Shown piece after piece: positions 1 through 18,960 of a stretch of DNA of 64,000 nt. The notes under the pieces are model-generated. The model was not told the DNA's origin, searched no databases, and saw nothing but the letters and a program-made list of their open reading frames with translations. This stretch comes from the human T2T-CHM13v2.0 reference genome, Homo sapiens, in NCBI RefSeq assembly GCF_009914755.1, contig NC_060945.1. One strand, given 5' to 3'. Every line of letters begins with the position of its first letter. The stretch's first letter is position 1. Position numbers and translations under genes: made by a program.

Positions 1-38
1 ATAATGTAGTTTCCAGTTACAAGGACAAACTTTTGCTT

Positions 39-70
39 ACTTGATCTTAGCCAAAAGGCCGAGAAGCGAT
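39..70 (-). pseudogene. 3'-truncated (tailless) U2 snRNA retropseudogene, U2 nt 1-32
   Basis: Reverse complement is ATCGCTTCTCGGCCTTTTGGCTAAGATCAAGT, the 5' end of U2 snRNA. It is flanked by the direct repeat CTTTTGCTTACT (30-41 and 73-84). Confidence 0.93.
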
Positions 71-404
71 TCCTTTTGCTTACTCTTCTTTGAGAAAATA
101 CTTTACATTAAAGCTCATTACAGTTTGCACTTGGACCGTGTATATTTGAGTACCATTTTCAAATAGCAGACACATTTTGTAAGCTAACTTACAAAATTGT
201 TGAGTGATATGGGGCATGATTCTAAAGAAAAGTTAGTTTCAAGAGCTTTAGAGGTTTAGTAGCATTATAGTTGAGTAACCCTAGCATAGCATAAGTAGGT
301 AGCATAGCATACTGTGTCATGTTCCCACATTGAGGTTTGTAGAGCTCTACAAAGAATGCAATCTAAGTATCTCTAGCAATATTAACATTCCGCTTCTAAA
401 TCTT

Positions 405-560
405 TTTCTTTTCTAATAGCTTTATTGTGAAAGAATTCACATAATAAAATTTACTCGTTTAAAGTATCTAATTCATTGGTTTTAGTTTATTCACAGAGTT
501 GTGCGACAGTCACTATTAGCTAATTTTAGAATGTTTTCATCACTTCAGAAAGAAACCCCT
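405..560 (-). mobile_element. Old L1 (L1M-type) 3'-end fragment
   Basis: agctttattg...ttcacagagttgtgc...ttttcatcacttcagaaagaaacccc resembles L1MB/L1MC 3' ends. Confidence 0.65.
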
Positions 561-823
561 TTTGATGTCTAAAGTACAAATCCTCACACTGAGGCTGAAA
601 ATTACCTGCTAAAGTGGCAGAGTGAAAGATATTTTATGTTTATATAAAACTTGGCCAGTATTTACAGGCTATTCCCCATAGTTTGGTAAACAGTTATGTT
701 TTCTGTTGTTGTCTCTAGGGGTAAGAGTGCTAATTATTTTGTTTTCGTGTTGGTGGGAGTGGTGGTTTTGGAAAGGTTCTTTTATGGTCACAGTTGTTCT
801 CAGGCCATGCTGTTGGTTTGCAG

Positions 824-984
824 GGCACTAGCTGACATGAATAATGATGGAAGAATGGATCAAGTGGAGTTTTCCATAGCTATGAAACTTATCAAACTGA
901 AGCTACAAGGATATCAGCTACCCTCTGCACTTCCCCCTGTCATGAAACAGCAACCAGTTGCTATTTCTAGCGCACCAGCATTTG
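824..984 (+). CDS. ITSN1: ITSN1 coding exon (probably exon 5; 161 nt, phase 2 to 1), C-terminal half of EH1
   Basis: tttgcag|G GCA CTA GCT GAC ATG ... GCA TTT G|gtaagt; encodes (W)[53 protein letters not shown]. Confidence 0.97.
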
Positions 985-1487
985 GTAAGTCTGAAAATGA
1001 ATTGGTTTCTGTATTTTCTTGTATATTTTAAAAATAAATGTTTTCCTTTTTTTCCCTCTCGGTTTATAACATTATGAAATTCTAGGAGGTAATTCTGTCT
1101 GAAAAATGATGGCCCCCTGCAGGAAGATAGTGCTGGGGAGAAGAAGGAGCATGTTCACATTTGAACCCTGGGATGTAAAGTAATCAAAATGAAAGCAGAG
1201 ATGCAGGCCGCCAGTCAGGGGAAAAGGAAGAAACTTACAGTCCGCTGCTGCAGCTTCTGGGTTTTTTTTTTTTTTTCTCTTCCATTATCCTTCAGGTTGT
1301 TGCATACTTCCTTTTGATTTTCGGTTTCCATAATGTCTGTTTCTCCTTGTGCATAAACAATTCCTTTGGATTATGGCATCTAGAAATATATATATTTTGA
1401 ATCACAGTACTGAGTCACTTGGCCACATTAAATTCTTTCTTAGAACAAAATGGAATAGAGAAAAAATAAACATTGTTATCCTGATTA

Positions 1488-1783
<296 letters not shown>

Positions 1784-2482
1784 CGTGATTCCATAAAAAA
1801 TTATCTTTCAACCAGGTATTTTTCTTATAAGCTAATTGATTAATTAGTTGACTGAGATCAGTAGTTCTGATTTCTGTTCTCATTCTAGACTTTAGGTTAA
1901 TTTGAAGATCACAGTAATAAAATCTAACATCTGATTCATGGGGAGGTTCTTTAACAGTTTAAAACAAAACATGAAAATTGTGGCTAGAGTTTCTTTTCAT
2001 CTCTTCATCCTCAGATAGCTGATGATAGGTGATAAAGTGAAATAGATTTCGGAGGGGGCAGTCAACAGTAATTCAGGGTGTCTCTGATATAATTAATGAT
2101 AAGCTAAGATACAGAAATACTCTGGTTTTACTTACTAGGTTTCCTATTAAAAACAATGTATTGCCTTTCTTTTAGTAAGTTTTAGCCACAAGGCTGGTTT
2201 TTGTAAGGGGAAAGGTTTTGGAAGATTTTTAGGCAAATAGGATAGTGGTCCAAGAAAAGAAAGAAAAATCCATATATGAGCAAAGGCGAGGAAGAGCAGA
2301 AGTGAACACTGCAGCAGCCTCCACATGACTGGGGCCGTTGTTTGTCTTGTCCAGTGTGTGCTCACAATGTTTAGCCTTTAGTTAACCAGCTAATTTAAGT
2401 GGAACTTGCTCTGAATCCCTGAAGATCTCTGTAGCCAATCTTTGGTCAGGACCCAGGCGTTAAAATAATTCAAGGGTGTTTG

Positions 2483-2786
2483 GGGTCGAACACAGTGGCT
2501 CATGCCTGTAATCCTAATGCTTTGGGAGGCCAAAGCAGGAGGATTGCTTGGTCCCAGGTGTTGGAGACCAGCCTGGCAACATAACAAGGCCTCGTTGCTA
2601 CTGAAAATTTAAAAATTAACCAGGCATAGTGGTGGGTGCCTATAGTCCCAGCCACTTGGGAAGCTGAGACAAGAGGATCACTTGAGCACAAGAGGTCAAG
2701 CCTGCAGTGAGCCAAGATCACACTACTGCACCCCAGCCTGGGTGACAAAGTGATACCCTGTCTTAAAAAACAAAAACAAAAAACAA
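2483..2786 (+). mobile_element. AluJ-like
   Basis: Diverged dimeric Alu with A-rich tail. Confidence 0.9.
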
Positions 2787-3345
2787 CGGTATTTGGTTTT
2801 CTTTTGGCTTTCTTCCAATGCTACAAGAAGAAATCTCATAGTGGAGAAAAGGTCAAATGACTAGAGGCACCCCATTTCTCCTTTTTCTCTCAAACCTGGG
2901 GTCAATAATTTTTCCTGTACCATTTAATTCATTTTCTCTTATTCCATTCTGCCATCAGAATTTCAGTTGTGGAGCTATTGCTGATTTAGTTTCAGGAGGT
3001 TGTGACCTTACTGCTGAGAAAGTTTTACAGTCGTTAAGTAACCTGCTACTGTTAAACCTGCCAGGATTTCTGACCTAATACTCTGCCAGGCAGCCCATCA
3101 CTCTTCCCCCCAGACTTCTCCCTGTCTTTCCTCACCACATTGATGTTCTCAGTAAATGATTTTGATGAGGCTAAACCATGAAGGATATCAGAACATAGGA
3201 GAAGTTACCAGTATATGATCTTGATCAAGTTTACTTAAGTATTTTCTAGTTCTACCTCTCAGCTCAATCTAGGGTAAAATACATATATATATTTTATAGT
3301 TTGTTGAGCCACTTGAGAATAAAATAATTTATTACTATTGTCATT

Positions 3346-3652
<307 letters not shown>

Positions 3653-3680
3653 TGCTTTCTAATTAATATTGAAAATTATT

Positions 3681-3988
3681 GGTTAGGTGTGGTGGCTCAT
3701 ACCTGTAATCTCAGCACTTTGGGAGGCCGAGGTGGGCAGATCGCTTGCGCTCAGGAGTTTGAGACCAACCTGGGCAACATGGCAAAACCCCATCTCTACA
3801 AAAAATACAAAAATTAGCTGGGTATGGTGGTGTGTGCCTGTAGTCCTAACTGCTTGGGAGGCTGAGGCAAGGGGATGGCTTGAGCCCAGGAGGTGGAGGT
3901 TGCAGTGAGCCAAGGGAGATCGTGCCACTGCACTCCAGCCTGGGTGACAGAGCCAGACCCTATCTCAAAAAACAAAACAAAACAAAAA
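3681..3988 (+). mobile_element. Alu (J/S), head-to-head with the preceding Alu
   Basis: ggttaggtgtggtggctc...tctcaaaaaacaaaac. Confidence 0.92.
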
Positions 3989-4039
3989 TCTGACTCTGCA
4001 TTTCCTTGCCCTTATATATAGTATGTGCCTTCACATATA

Positions 4040-4480
<441 letters not shown>

Positions 4481-4533
4481 GCTTTAGGTTTTTTAAAATT
4501 ACCTTCTCCGTGCCTTCATTATCACCAAACTAA

Positions 4534-4873
<340 letters not shown>

Positions 4874-5329
4874 TCAGATATTTTTTAATGTAGTTGTTAA
4901 CACACTATAGAATTAAGGCTCAGACTGGAGTCTGAACAATGATTTTGTTCAACTCCCCTACAGAGAAGAGAGAAAAATGGGGTGCAGTGATACTGTGACT
5001 TGCCTTAGAGCACCCTGAAAATAGAATTTTCTATTGTAGGAAATTCTATGGGTAGACTTGGTACCTTCTTTCACCAGTGTGCACTCAGCATAATTCTTTT
5101 GTTCTGGACCCAGCTTATACAGGAGGAGTCTGTTTTTCTTTTGCTTGGTTTTTGTTTTGCCAGAGTACATGGTTTTATTGGATTAAACCAGTGTTTTGTA
5201 AGCCCCTACTGTGTGTCCTAGTTGCTGGGAACATGCTGGCCAGCAAGACCTCATGGCTCCTACCACTGTGGATCTTATTTTCAAATTGTGGGGAGCAAGG
5301 AAATAAATACTTTTAGGTGAGAATAAGTG

Positions 5330-6420
5330 CAATAAGTTCATTAAAACAGAGTAATAGTAGAGAGACAGAGAGAGAGAAACCAGTAGAACAAGATGGCCAG
5401 GGAAGAATTCTTTGAGCAGATGACTTTTGGAACTGATGTAGATGATGAGAGCCATGTGAAGACCTAGGGGAGAGGCCTTCCAGGCTAAAGGAACTGCACT
5501 GGCAAAAGTCCTAAGGCAAAAACTAGCTTGGGGTTTGGAAGGTGTGCGAGGGGCGTCGTAGCTGAAGCATGGGGAGACCATAAGGAAAAGCAAGCAAACA
5601 ACAGATTAAGCAGAAGAGTGACGTGGTTGATAGACTTATCTGTGTTATCTGAAGACTGGAATGTAGGGGACAAGAATGGAATCCTGGAGATCAGTTAGGA
5701 GGCTTTTGCCACGGGCAAGAGGCAATGGTGATTTATATCTGGTGGTGATAATCAATGTGGAGGACAGATTAGATTCATTCTAGCCTGTATTTTGGGAAAA
5801 AAGTAAAAAGGACTTGTCAGTAGATTGGAAATAAGAAATGAAAAAGGAGTATTAAGGCTTTTCACATGAATAACTAGATGGATGGTATAAGTGTATACTG
5901 AGATGGGGATAACAGGAAGAGGAATGGTTTTAAAGGAGAAATTAAGAGTTTTGGTGATTTTGAGAGTCCTAGTAGATTTCCGAGTTGGGATGTTAAGGAG
6001 ACAGGGATGACTACGTTTGACTGAAGCTCAGAGGAAGGATCGATCAGCTCTGGGGCAGTTTGGATATGGAGAGCATGTCTTAGGGGCAAGCTTAGCTATA
6101 AGGAGTACAGTGTAGACCCAAGCCTTGATGTGATGTGACATTTAAAGGTCAGGCAAAAGAGGAGAAGCCAGAAACTGAGGCTGACAAAAGTGAAATGGCA
6201 GAAGATTGGTGTCCTGCTACCAAGAAAAAGTGTTTCAAGAAGGAGGGAATGCTCCATTGTTTGAGCTGCTTTTGAGAGATGGAGTAAGAATATGGCAGAA
6301 CAGTGCTGATTAGATTTGATGTGATGAGCTTTTGAGTGACCTTGACAAGCAGTTTCAGTATAGTGATAGGGACAAAATCCTGATTGGAGGCTTGGAAGAG
6401 GGGAGAGAATTTCAAGAATT
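5330..6420 (-). mobile_element. L2 LINE fragment(s)
   Basis: Purine-rich L2-type motifs (gagccatgtgaagacctagggg, ggagatcagttaggaggct, tgaccttgacaagcagtttcagt). Confidence 0.7.
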
Positions 6421-6562
6421 AAGACTTACACAGGAAGAGGTGATGGCAGCCAGAATACGGCTTCTGGTAGATGTATTTATTTAGAAAGTCATTCATTCAG
6501 AAAAGGTAGTCAGTTGTCAAAAGGATGATAGTCTTTTTGCAGTGGCTATTTAAAGCACAGTA

Positions 6563-6688
6563 GGCCAGGCACGGTGGCTCATGCCTGTAATCGCAGCACT
6601 TTGGGAGGCCAAGGCTGGAGGATTGCTTGAGGCTCCTAGTTCAGGACCAGCCTGGGCAACATAGTGAGATCCTATTTATATTTTTTTA
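6563..6688 (+). mobile_element. Alu left monomer (FLAM or partial AluJ)
   Basis: ggccaggcacggtggctc...aacatagtgagatcc, with no right arm. Confidence 0.85.
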
Positions 6689-7390
6689 ATGTAAGTAGAT
6701 AGATAGATAGATAGCTAATAAATTTTTCCTTTTCTGTAAAATGGAAAAATTATTATGTAAGAGAAGATTTCTAACAAATTTGGAAGCTTAAAAGATGCTT
6801 TTACCAGTCTGATGATTAAACAGTATTTTTAAACTTGGCCTTTTCCTCAGTGTCTTTTTGAGGTTAGCCTCCTTTTAGGTTAGGGGTCTGCAGCACAGAT
6901 GGGGTACGTGTCTTGAAGGTTAACTGGTTGCGCAGTATGCTGTGTCAAGCCTTTTGAAAGTCTGAATGATGGCTCATGAAAACTTTTGGTTTGTTTCCAT
7001 CTATTTTTATTTGTTGCTTGAGTAGATTGACATTCTTACTTAAGCAAAAACCAGGATTTGGAGTATAATTCAGTATAGTTATCAAAAGAACCAAATTTTT
7101 AAAAAGAAAAACACATTAAAAATATAGTTATCAAATAATCTTAGAAAATTTTGGAATTCTAAAACTGACAAGGTAAACCTGATACATGTTGCTATGTGTG
7201 GATATGTAAAGTTAATCTGATTCCAAATGAGATGTGTGGTAATGTGCTTGATAGTGTGCACGTGAACTGTAAACCAGTCATCTAGATGACTATAATTATA
7301 AACTTACTCAGTAAAGCCCAAGTTAGAATTTTTTTCTTCTCTTTGTTGGATTTTCAGTGTCTATAAACATTGTTTTTAAAAATGAAAATA

Positions 7391-7778
<388 letters not shown>

Positions 7779-7807
7779 TTACTATTAATTCTGTTACCCA
7801 GTGATGA

Positions 7808-8171
<364 letters not shown>

Positions 8172-8299
8172 TAGTAAAAAGAAATACAAACAAAACAGAA
8201 TTGTGTACATTTGTAACAGTGCAGGAGGAAGAGGGAAGAATTAGGGTACCTGGTGCACTTGAAACAGGAGAACCCCAAAATAGCTAACAGGTATTTGCA

Positions 8300-11170
<2,871 letters not shown>

Positions 11171-12339
11171 AGATTTCCGACCATGCCTGAGTTGAGATGA
11201 GCAAATTCTTCCCTCAAGGGCAGAATTGACAGAATAACCATTTCAGTGCTCTGGAAATTAACCAAAGGTATATAACATCTGAGAATCATTTATGCCTGAA
11301 AAGCTGCTGAGCTTCAGATATGAAGCAGAAGTCTGTTGCATTCTTTCCTGGGCATTTTCCTATCCCCCAACACTTCAGCTTGGTAATGTGGAGGGACAGG
11401 TTGTAAATATTAGCAGTCTTAACTGCTGTCACTGAAGGGGGCTTACTTGCTTTGGGAGTGGGAAGTCATGCCTGTGCCCAGCAGCTTTGTCAGTGGAAAT
11501 GACAATTCTGGCCACAGAAGAGCAGGTATGACCAGCCACTCTATTATCCTGAACTCGTGGTCATGGCCAGGGCAAGTATATTCTTGGCTGAGGCTATGCA
11601 CATGTGTCGCGGAGACCAGGGTGGGCCCGAGTCAGCTGCAAACTCCTGACTAGCCCTCAAACTGCATGCACGTATAGAGAATATGCAGAAAGGCCCTGTG
11701 AAATGTTAAAGTTGAGGAAGACTTTAAAATGGTCTGAACTTTGAATGCATTTTTGTGCTGACAGATTGTCAGAGAAAGGAAGCCTTACTGACTTGAGGTG
11801 TTTGAGCACAACTTCCGTCCCATCATTGGCTGACTACTGTGCTACAAAGATGCAGGTGCAATCCGTAAAAAGCCAGGCTTAAAGATAAAAACGAATTTTT
11901 TAAAAACCCAACTGAGCAGAACCATCAGGGGCTGCACAACAAGGGAAGACAGATTTTTCTGAATTAGCCTATGCCGGTTACTAAATAAAGATAGAAACAA
12001 CAACCTTCAGGGGGAAAATCAGAGCCAGAGTAGCTACAATGTATTATCTGAATGTCCATTTTCACCTAAATTTGAGACATTAAAAAATAACAGGAAAGTA
12101 TTGTCTCACCCTCAAGAAAAGAGGCAGTCAGTAGGAACTATCTCTGATCCAGCTGTTGGATTCATTTAGCAGACAAAGGCTTCAAAGCAGCAATTACGTT
12201 CAAAGAACTGAAGAACTAAAGGAAAACGTGGAAATGAATCAACAGACAGACACTCTCCAAAAAACAATAGAAATTACAAAAAAGAGGAAAATTGAAATTC
12301 TAGAAAAGTATGACAATTGATGTGAAAAGTTCAATAACT

Positions 12340-12648
<309 letters not shown>

Positions 12649-12651
12649 CTA

Positions 12652-12966
<315 letters not shown>

Positions 12967-13965
12967 CTAAAATGAAAAATTTACCACAGGGTCTTAATAG
13001 CAGATTCAAGATAGCAGAAGACAGAGTCAGTGAAGTTGAAGATTAATCAATAGAAATTATTCAATCTGAAGAATATGGAACAAAAAGATTGAAAAAAAAT
13101 AACAAAGTTTCAGAGACTTATGGAACAAGACCAAGTTTACCAATATGTGTGTCATGGGAGTCTTAGAAGGAGGATCATGAGAGAAAGGTACAGAAAAATA
13201 TTTGAAGAATAAAAGCCAAACACTTGCCAAATTTGGTGAAAAGCAATAGTCTACACAATCAAAAGCTCAACACACCTCAAGTAGGGTAAATACAAAGAGA
13301 TCTACACCCAGACACATCATAGTTAACCTACGGAAGCCAAACACAGAGATAAAACCTTGAAAGCAGCAAGAGAAAAGCAACTCATCATGGATAGGGGAGC
13401 ATAGATATAAATAACAGCAGACTTGTAATTGAAAACAATGGAGGTTAGAAGGCAGTGGAATATTCAAAATGCCGCAAGAAAAAATTCAACCCAAAATTCT
13501 ATATTCAGCAAAACTATCATTTAAAAATGAAGGTGAAATAATGACTTTTTCAAATAAACAAAGACTGAGAGAATTCATTGCTACTAGACCTACCTTAGAA
13601 GAAATACTAAATGAAGACTTTCAGGATGAAATGAAATGACAAAAGGTGGTAACTTTAATATATGGAAAGAAATGAAGAGCATCAAAAATGGTAAATATGT
13701 AGGTTAATTTAGAAGACCACATAAATCTATTTTTCTTCTTTTCTCTCAAGTTTAAAAGATATAAGATTGTATAAAGTAATAATTATAACTCTATTATTGG
13801 GCTTATAACATATTATAATGTATGTGACAGTAATAGCACAGAAGAGGAGAAAGGGAATTGAGCTATATTTGTGTAAAGTTTCTATATTCTGCCATTAGAA
13901 GTTGATTATGATAAATTAATTTGGAGATTTTAATCCCTACAACAACCACATAGAAAATTACTTTT

Positions 13966-14250
13966 GGATGCATACAGTGGCTCAGCCCTGTAATCCCAGC
14001 ACCGTGAGAGGCTTGAGGCCAGGAGTTTGAGACCAGACTGAGTAACATAGCAAGACCCTGTCTCTACAAAAAAATAAAAACTTAGCTGCATTTGGTGGTG
14101 CGTGTCTATAGTCCCAGCTACTTGGAGGCTGAGGCAAAAGAATCCCCTGAGCCCAGGAGTTCAAGGTTACAGTGAGCTGTGATCACGTGACTGTACTTCA
14201 GCCTGGGTGAGAGTGAGACCTTATCTCTAATAATAAAAGAAAAAAAAGAA
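13966..14250 (+). mobile_element. AluJ-like
   Basis: Diverged Alu dimer. Confidence 0.88.
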
Positions 14251-14338
14251 AATTTTAATTACTATTATTATGTAATAATACTCTTTTCAGTTAGCTCTCT
14301 CAGGTTGAAAAGAAAATTTACTTTTAAAAAATAGTAAA

Positions 14339-14658
<320 letters not shown>

Positions 14659-14770
14659 TATTTAAAAAAAATCAATAGGGGGCATTTAAACACTAAAATT
14701 TATTTACTCCACATGAAAGAAGGTATTAAAGTTGGGACAGAGAAATAAAAAAGAAGGTAAGCTTTTTTAC

Positions 14771-15070
14771 TTTTTTTTTTTTTTTTGAGACAAGGATCTC
14801 ACTGTATTGCCCAGGCTGGAGTACTGCGGTGTGATTGTGGCTCACTGTAGCCTCAACCTCTTCGGCATAAGTGATCCTCCCACCTCAGCCTTCCATGTAG
14901 CTAGGCCTACAGGCGGGTACCACCATGCCTGGCTAATTTTTAAAATTTTTTGTAGAGATGGGATTTTGCTATGTTGCCCTGTCTGGTTTTGGACTCCTGC
15001 CCTCAAGAGATCTTCCTGCCTTGGCCTTCCAAAGTAGTGAGTTTACAGGCATAAGCCACTGTGCCCAGCT
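14771..15070 (-). mobile_element. AluJ-like
   Basis: Poly-T then gagacaaggatctcactg...tgcccagc. Confidence 0.88.
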
Positions 15071-15113
15071 GGAAACATTTATTTTTGTTTTATCATTTCT
15101 TCTTTATTGGTTA

Positions 15114-15770
<657 letters not shown>

Positions 15771-15923
15771 GTTACTCTTTAAAATGATTAACTTGAAGCC
15801 CTATTTTAATTGGAATATATTACAGCTGGAAAGTGATTTTCTTTAAGCAGTACTGGGTTAATTATTATTCAGTGTTGAAATGTGATTGGATGTGAATGGT
15901 GTTGAGCTGTTTTTTCTTCATAG

Positions 15924-16103
15924 GTATGGGAGGTATCGCCAGCATGCCACCGCTTACAGCTGTTGCTCCAGTGCCAATGGGATCCATTCCAGTTGTTGGA
16001 ATGTCTCCAACCCTAGTATCTTCTGTTCCCACAGCAGCTGTGCCCCCCCTGGCTAACGGGGCTCCCCCTGTTATACAACCTCTGCCTGCATTTGCTCATC
16101 CTG
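15924..16103 (+). CDS. ITSN1: ITSN1 coding exon (probably exon 6; 180 nt, phase 1 to 1), EH1-EH2 linker
   Basis: ttcttcatag|GT ATG GGA GGT ... CAT CCT G|gtatgt; encodes (G)[59 protein letters not shown]. Confidence 0.97.
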
Positions 16104-17590
16104 GTATGTGACTTGCTGAAACCATAGGCTGAGTTTTTACTACTTGTATTTTGCTGTTCATTATTAAAATATTTTCTCTTCACGTTCTGATTATGTTTAA
16201 ATGATATTTTAGTCCAGAGGAAAATATCTTTATTTTTTTCACTTGATTTCACATTTTTTCCACTGTATTAAATGGGATATGTTAGTGTGGAGAGAGTCAA
16301 AGAGAATTATAGATTTCTGGGTACCACTGTGGACAAAGGTGAGCTCAGCAGTGAAAGCCACAAATGTAATTTTCTTTCAAGGGCTGAGAAGAGCAATTGA
16401 AGTTGAACTGTAGTTGAACATTTTCTATTTTTATGTATCAGTTACTACTTTTCTTTAGCCACTATGAATTGCTAATAAGCAAGCCAATCCCCTAGGAATA
16501 GAACTATGTTGGGGGTTGTGGGAAAGAATAAAAAAGAACAGTTTATACTATTTTATGGTATTACATGCCTGCTTAATTGAAGGAAAGGATTTAAAAGTTT
16601 CTGGTTTAATTAATTCCACTTTGAGACTTTATTAAGTCTTTTTTCCTTTAGTTAAAGTATAAAACTGTAGATGTAGATAGCCTTGGTCTAACATCTTAAT
16701 GAATTCATATCAATATGGAAAGTATTATTTTTAAAGTACTTTGACTACATCTAAGTAAATTCAGTATTGACGACATGGGTTTTAGCATCATACTTGAAAC
16801 ATTTCTGCGCCTTTGGCCCCCTGAATTTGTTGTATATTTATCAGGATATATATTTAAGTTATGGCCAAATAAGCTAAATGTATCTCCTTTTTTTAGATTT
16901 TTTCTTGTCACATGTAGTTCATCTTGCATATATGACCATGACTGTGGACATGATGGTAGCCCAGAAAGTGTGTGCAGTTGTTTTTCCAGGAGCATAAGCA
17001 AATCCACACACTCTGAGTCTTCTATTCTTTTGTGACTAATGGCACATGTTGCAAGTCGTTTGCCATCAGGCAAGAGTGAGGGAATGTGGCTAAGACGCAG
17101 TGTTTTTTTTCTGACACTCAACTAACCAACCCCAGTGATAATCAGACACAAAAGCTGACCTTCCCTAGTGTCACATGTTATCTGGCCAAGACTACAGTTT
17201 GTGACTTCTTGGCTCTTACATCTGGAACTAATACTTCAGCTCCTTCAGTGCAGTGAATAAAATACCATTTTATATATTTAAGCTGTTACCTCTTTAACTG
17301 TTGGAATAGGTCCTATAAAATGTGATACAAAATGTTTAATGAAGAGTAAAATTTTATGGAAATCAGCATTACTACATAGTAAGGTGATTTTCAGTAGAAC
17401 AAGTAAATCTAGAAACCTTTTTGGCAGGAGGACAGAGGGTAAGGAGGGAAAAGCTCTTTTCAGTCTAGGCTGGCAAGAAGGGGGAATTATTTCTGCCTCA
17501 GATTTGTTGACTGTGCATTTTAATTTTTGTAAATTGGGGAAAGTTTCTTATCTTTGTAGAATTAAAATTATTCAACATTTATTTTTACAG

Positions 17591-17687
17591 CAGCCACATT
17601 GCCAAAGAGTTCTTCCTTTAGTAGATCTGGTCCAGGGTCACAACTAAACACTAAATTACAAAAGGCACAGTCATTTGATGTGGCCAG
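17591..17687 (+). CDS. ITSN1: ITSN1 coding exon (probably exon 7; 97 nt, phase 1 to 2)
   Basis: tttttacag|CA GCC ACA TTG ... GTG GCC AG|gtaagt; encodes (A)[31 protein letters not shown]. Confidence 0.96.
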
Positions 17688-18384
17688 GTAAGTTTGCTTG
17701 TTTTTAAATGGGAAGTTTGGTTAAGGCCATTACCTGATTAAATCATAAATTTGACCATGAATCATCTATATTCTTTTTGTTGTTGTCATCTTTTTTGTAG
17801 GCTTTTGTAGAGTGCTAATAATAATTTTCTTAATTTCTGGATAGTGTCACTAGTTTTTATCATTAATTTGTTGCAGAGATGAGAGAAATCAAGGACATAA
17901 CATTTCCTTAAAGGCTTTGTGTATTTTTTTTTTTTTAAAGAGGATAACAAATGGATAGTAATAAAATGTTTAAAAACAGTAAGATAAAATTCTGGGTATA
18001 AGGGAAAAAAGCAAATGAACTATTTTATGTGTTTATGATTTACAAGTTTATGTATAAAATTTTTGTATGAAGATTGGAGTTATAGTTGGCCTTATTTTTA
18101 ATTCTATCTCAGATAATCTTGTGGAGTTTATATGGGTAATTAGTAAAATCCTATTAAAGACGATTTATTATGAAAAGAATTATCCAGATAGTGGACAATT
18201 CACATTAATCAAATGTGTGGCTCAATTTTATTAAAGCTGACATGACATTATTGCTTATGTTTTGGCCAACCTTGGTTTCAATTATTACCTTTCATATTTT
18301 TATTTTACTCCTATGTTTTACCCTTGCATACTGCTACATTAAGAAGAGAAATTAAGTCTCTTTTAAGCCATCTCAGAACTTTTG

Positions 18385-18620
18385 GGCCGGGTGTGGTGGC
18401 TCACACCTGTAATCCCAGCACTCTGAGAGGCTGAGGCAGGAGGATCGCTTGAGCTCATGAGTTTGAGACCAGCCTGGGCAACATAGGGAGACCTTGTCGA
18501 TACAAAAATTTAAAAATGAGATGGGAGGATGGCTGGAGCCAGGGAGATCGAGGCTGCAGTAAGCTGTGATTGTGCCACTGCACTCTTGCCTGGGTGAGCC
18601 TGCCTAAAAAAAAAAAAAAA
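18385..18620 (+). mobile_element. AluJ-like with internal deletion
   Basis: Left arm plus shortened right arm and poly-A. Confidence 0.88.
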
Positions 18621-18769
18621 GCTTTTGGAATTTATCCTGTCTTATGTCAATCCTCACTAGAAATTGTTAAGTGAATCAAGTCATTTTCCCACTTTCAAGA
18701 GAAAAGCATGTTGAATATAATTCAGTGATGCCTTCATTACCTTTTAAAAATGATTTAAAGAAAATCCAT

Positions 18770-18960
18770 AAACTGAAAAGCACTGTGCCAAAAGCTTTAC
18801 ATTAACTCATTCTTCCCCATGAGATGATTCTGTTACTCTCTGTTATAGATGAGGGACAAGCTCAGAGACATTATGTTACTCGTGCAACAGAACGTAACTC
18901 ATAAGTGACAGAGCTGAGTCAAACTGAGATGTCTGATTTTAAGGCGTGTGTTCTTAACTA
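18770..18960 (-). mobile_element. MIR
   Basis: ctctgttatagatgagggacaagctcagaga...aagtgacagagctgag. Confidence 0.65.

Noticed and set aside
1262-1295. Strong polypyrimidine tract plus CAG acceptor-like site
   Set aside because: I found no convincing donor within exon distance.
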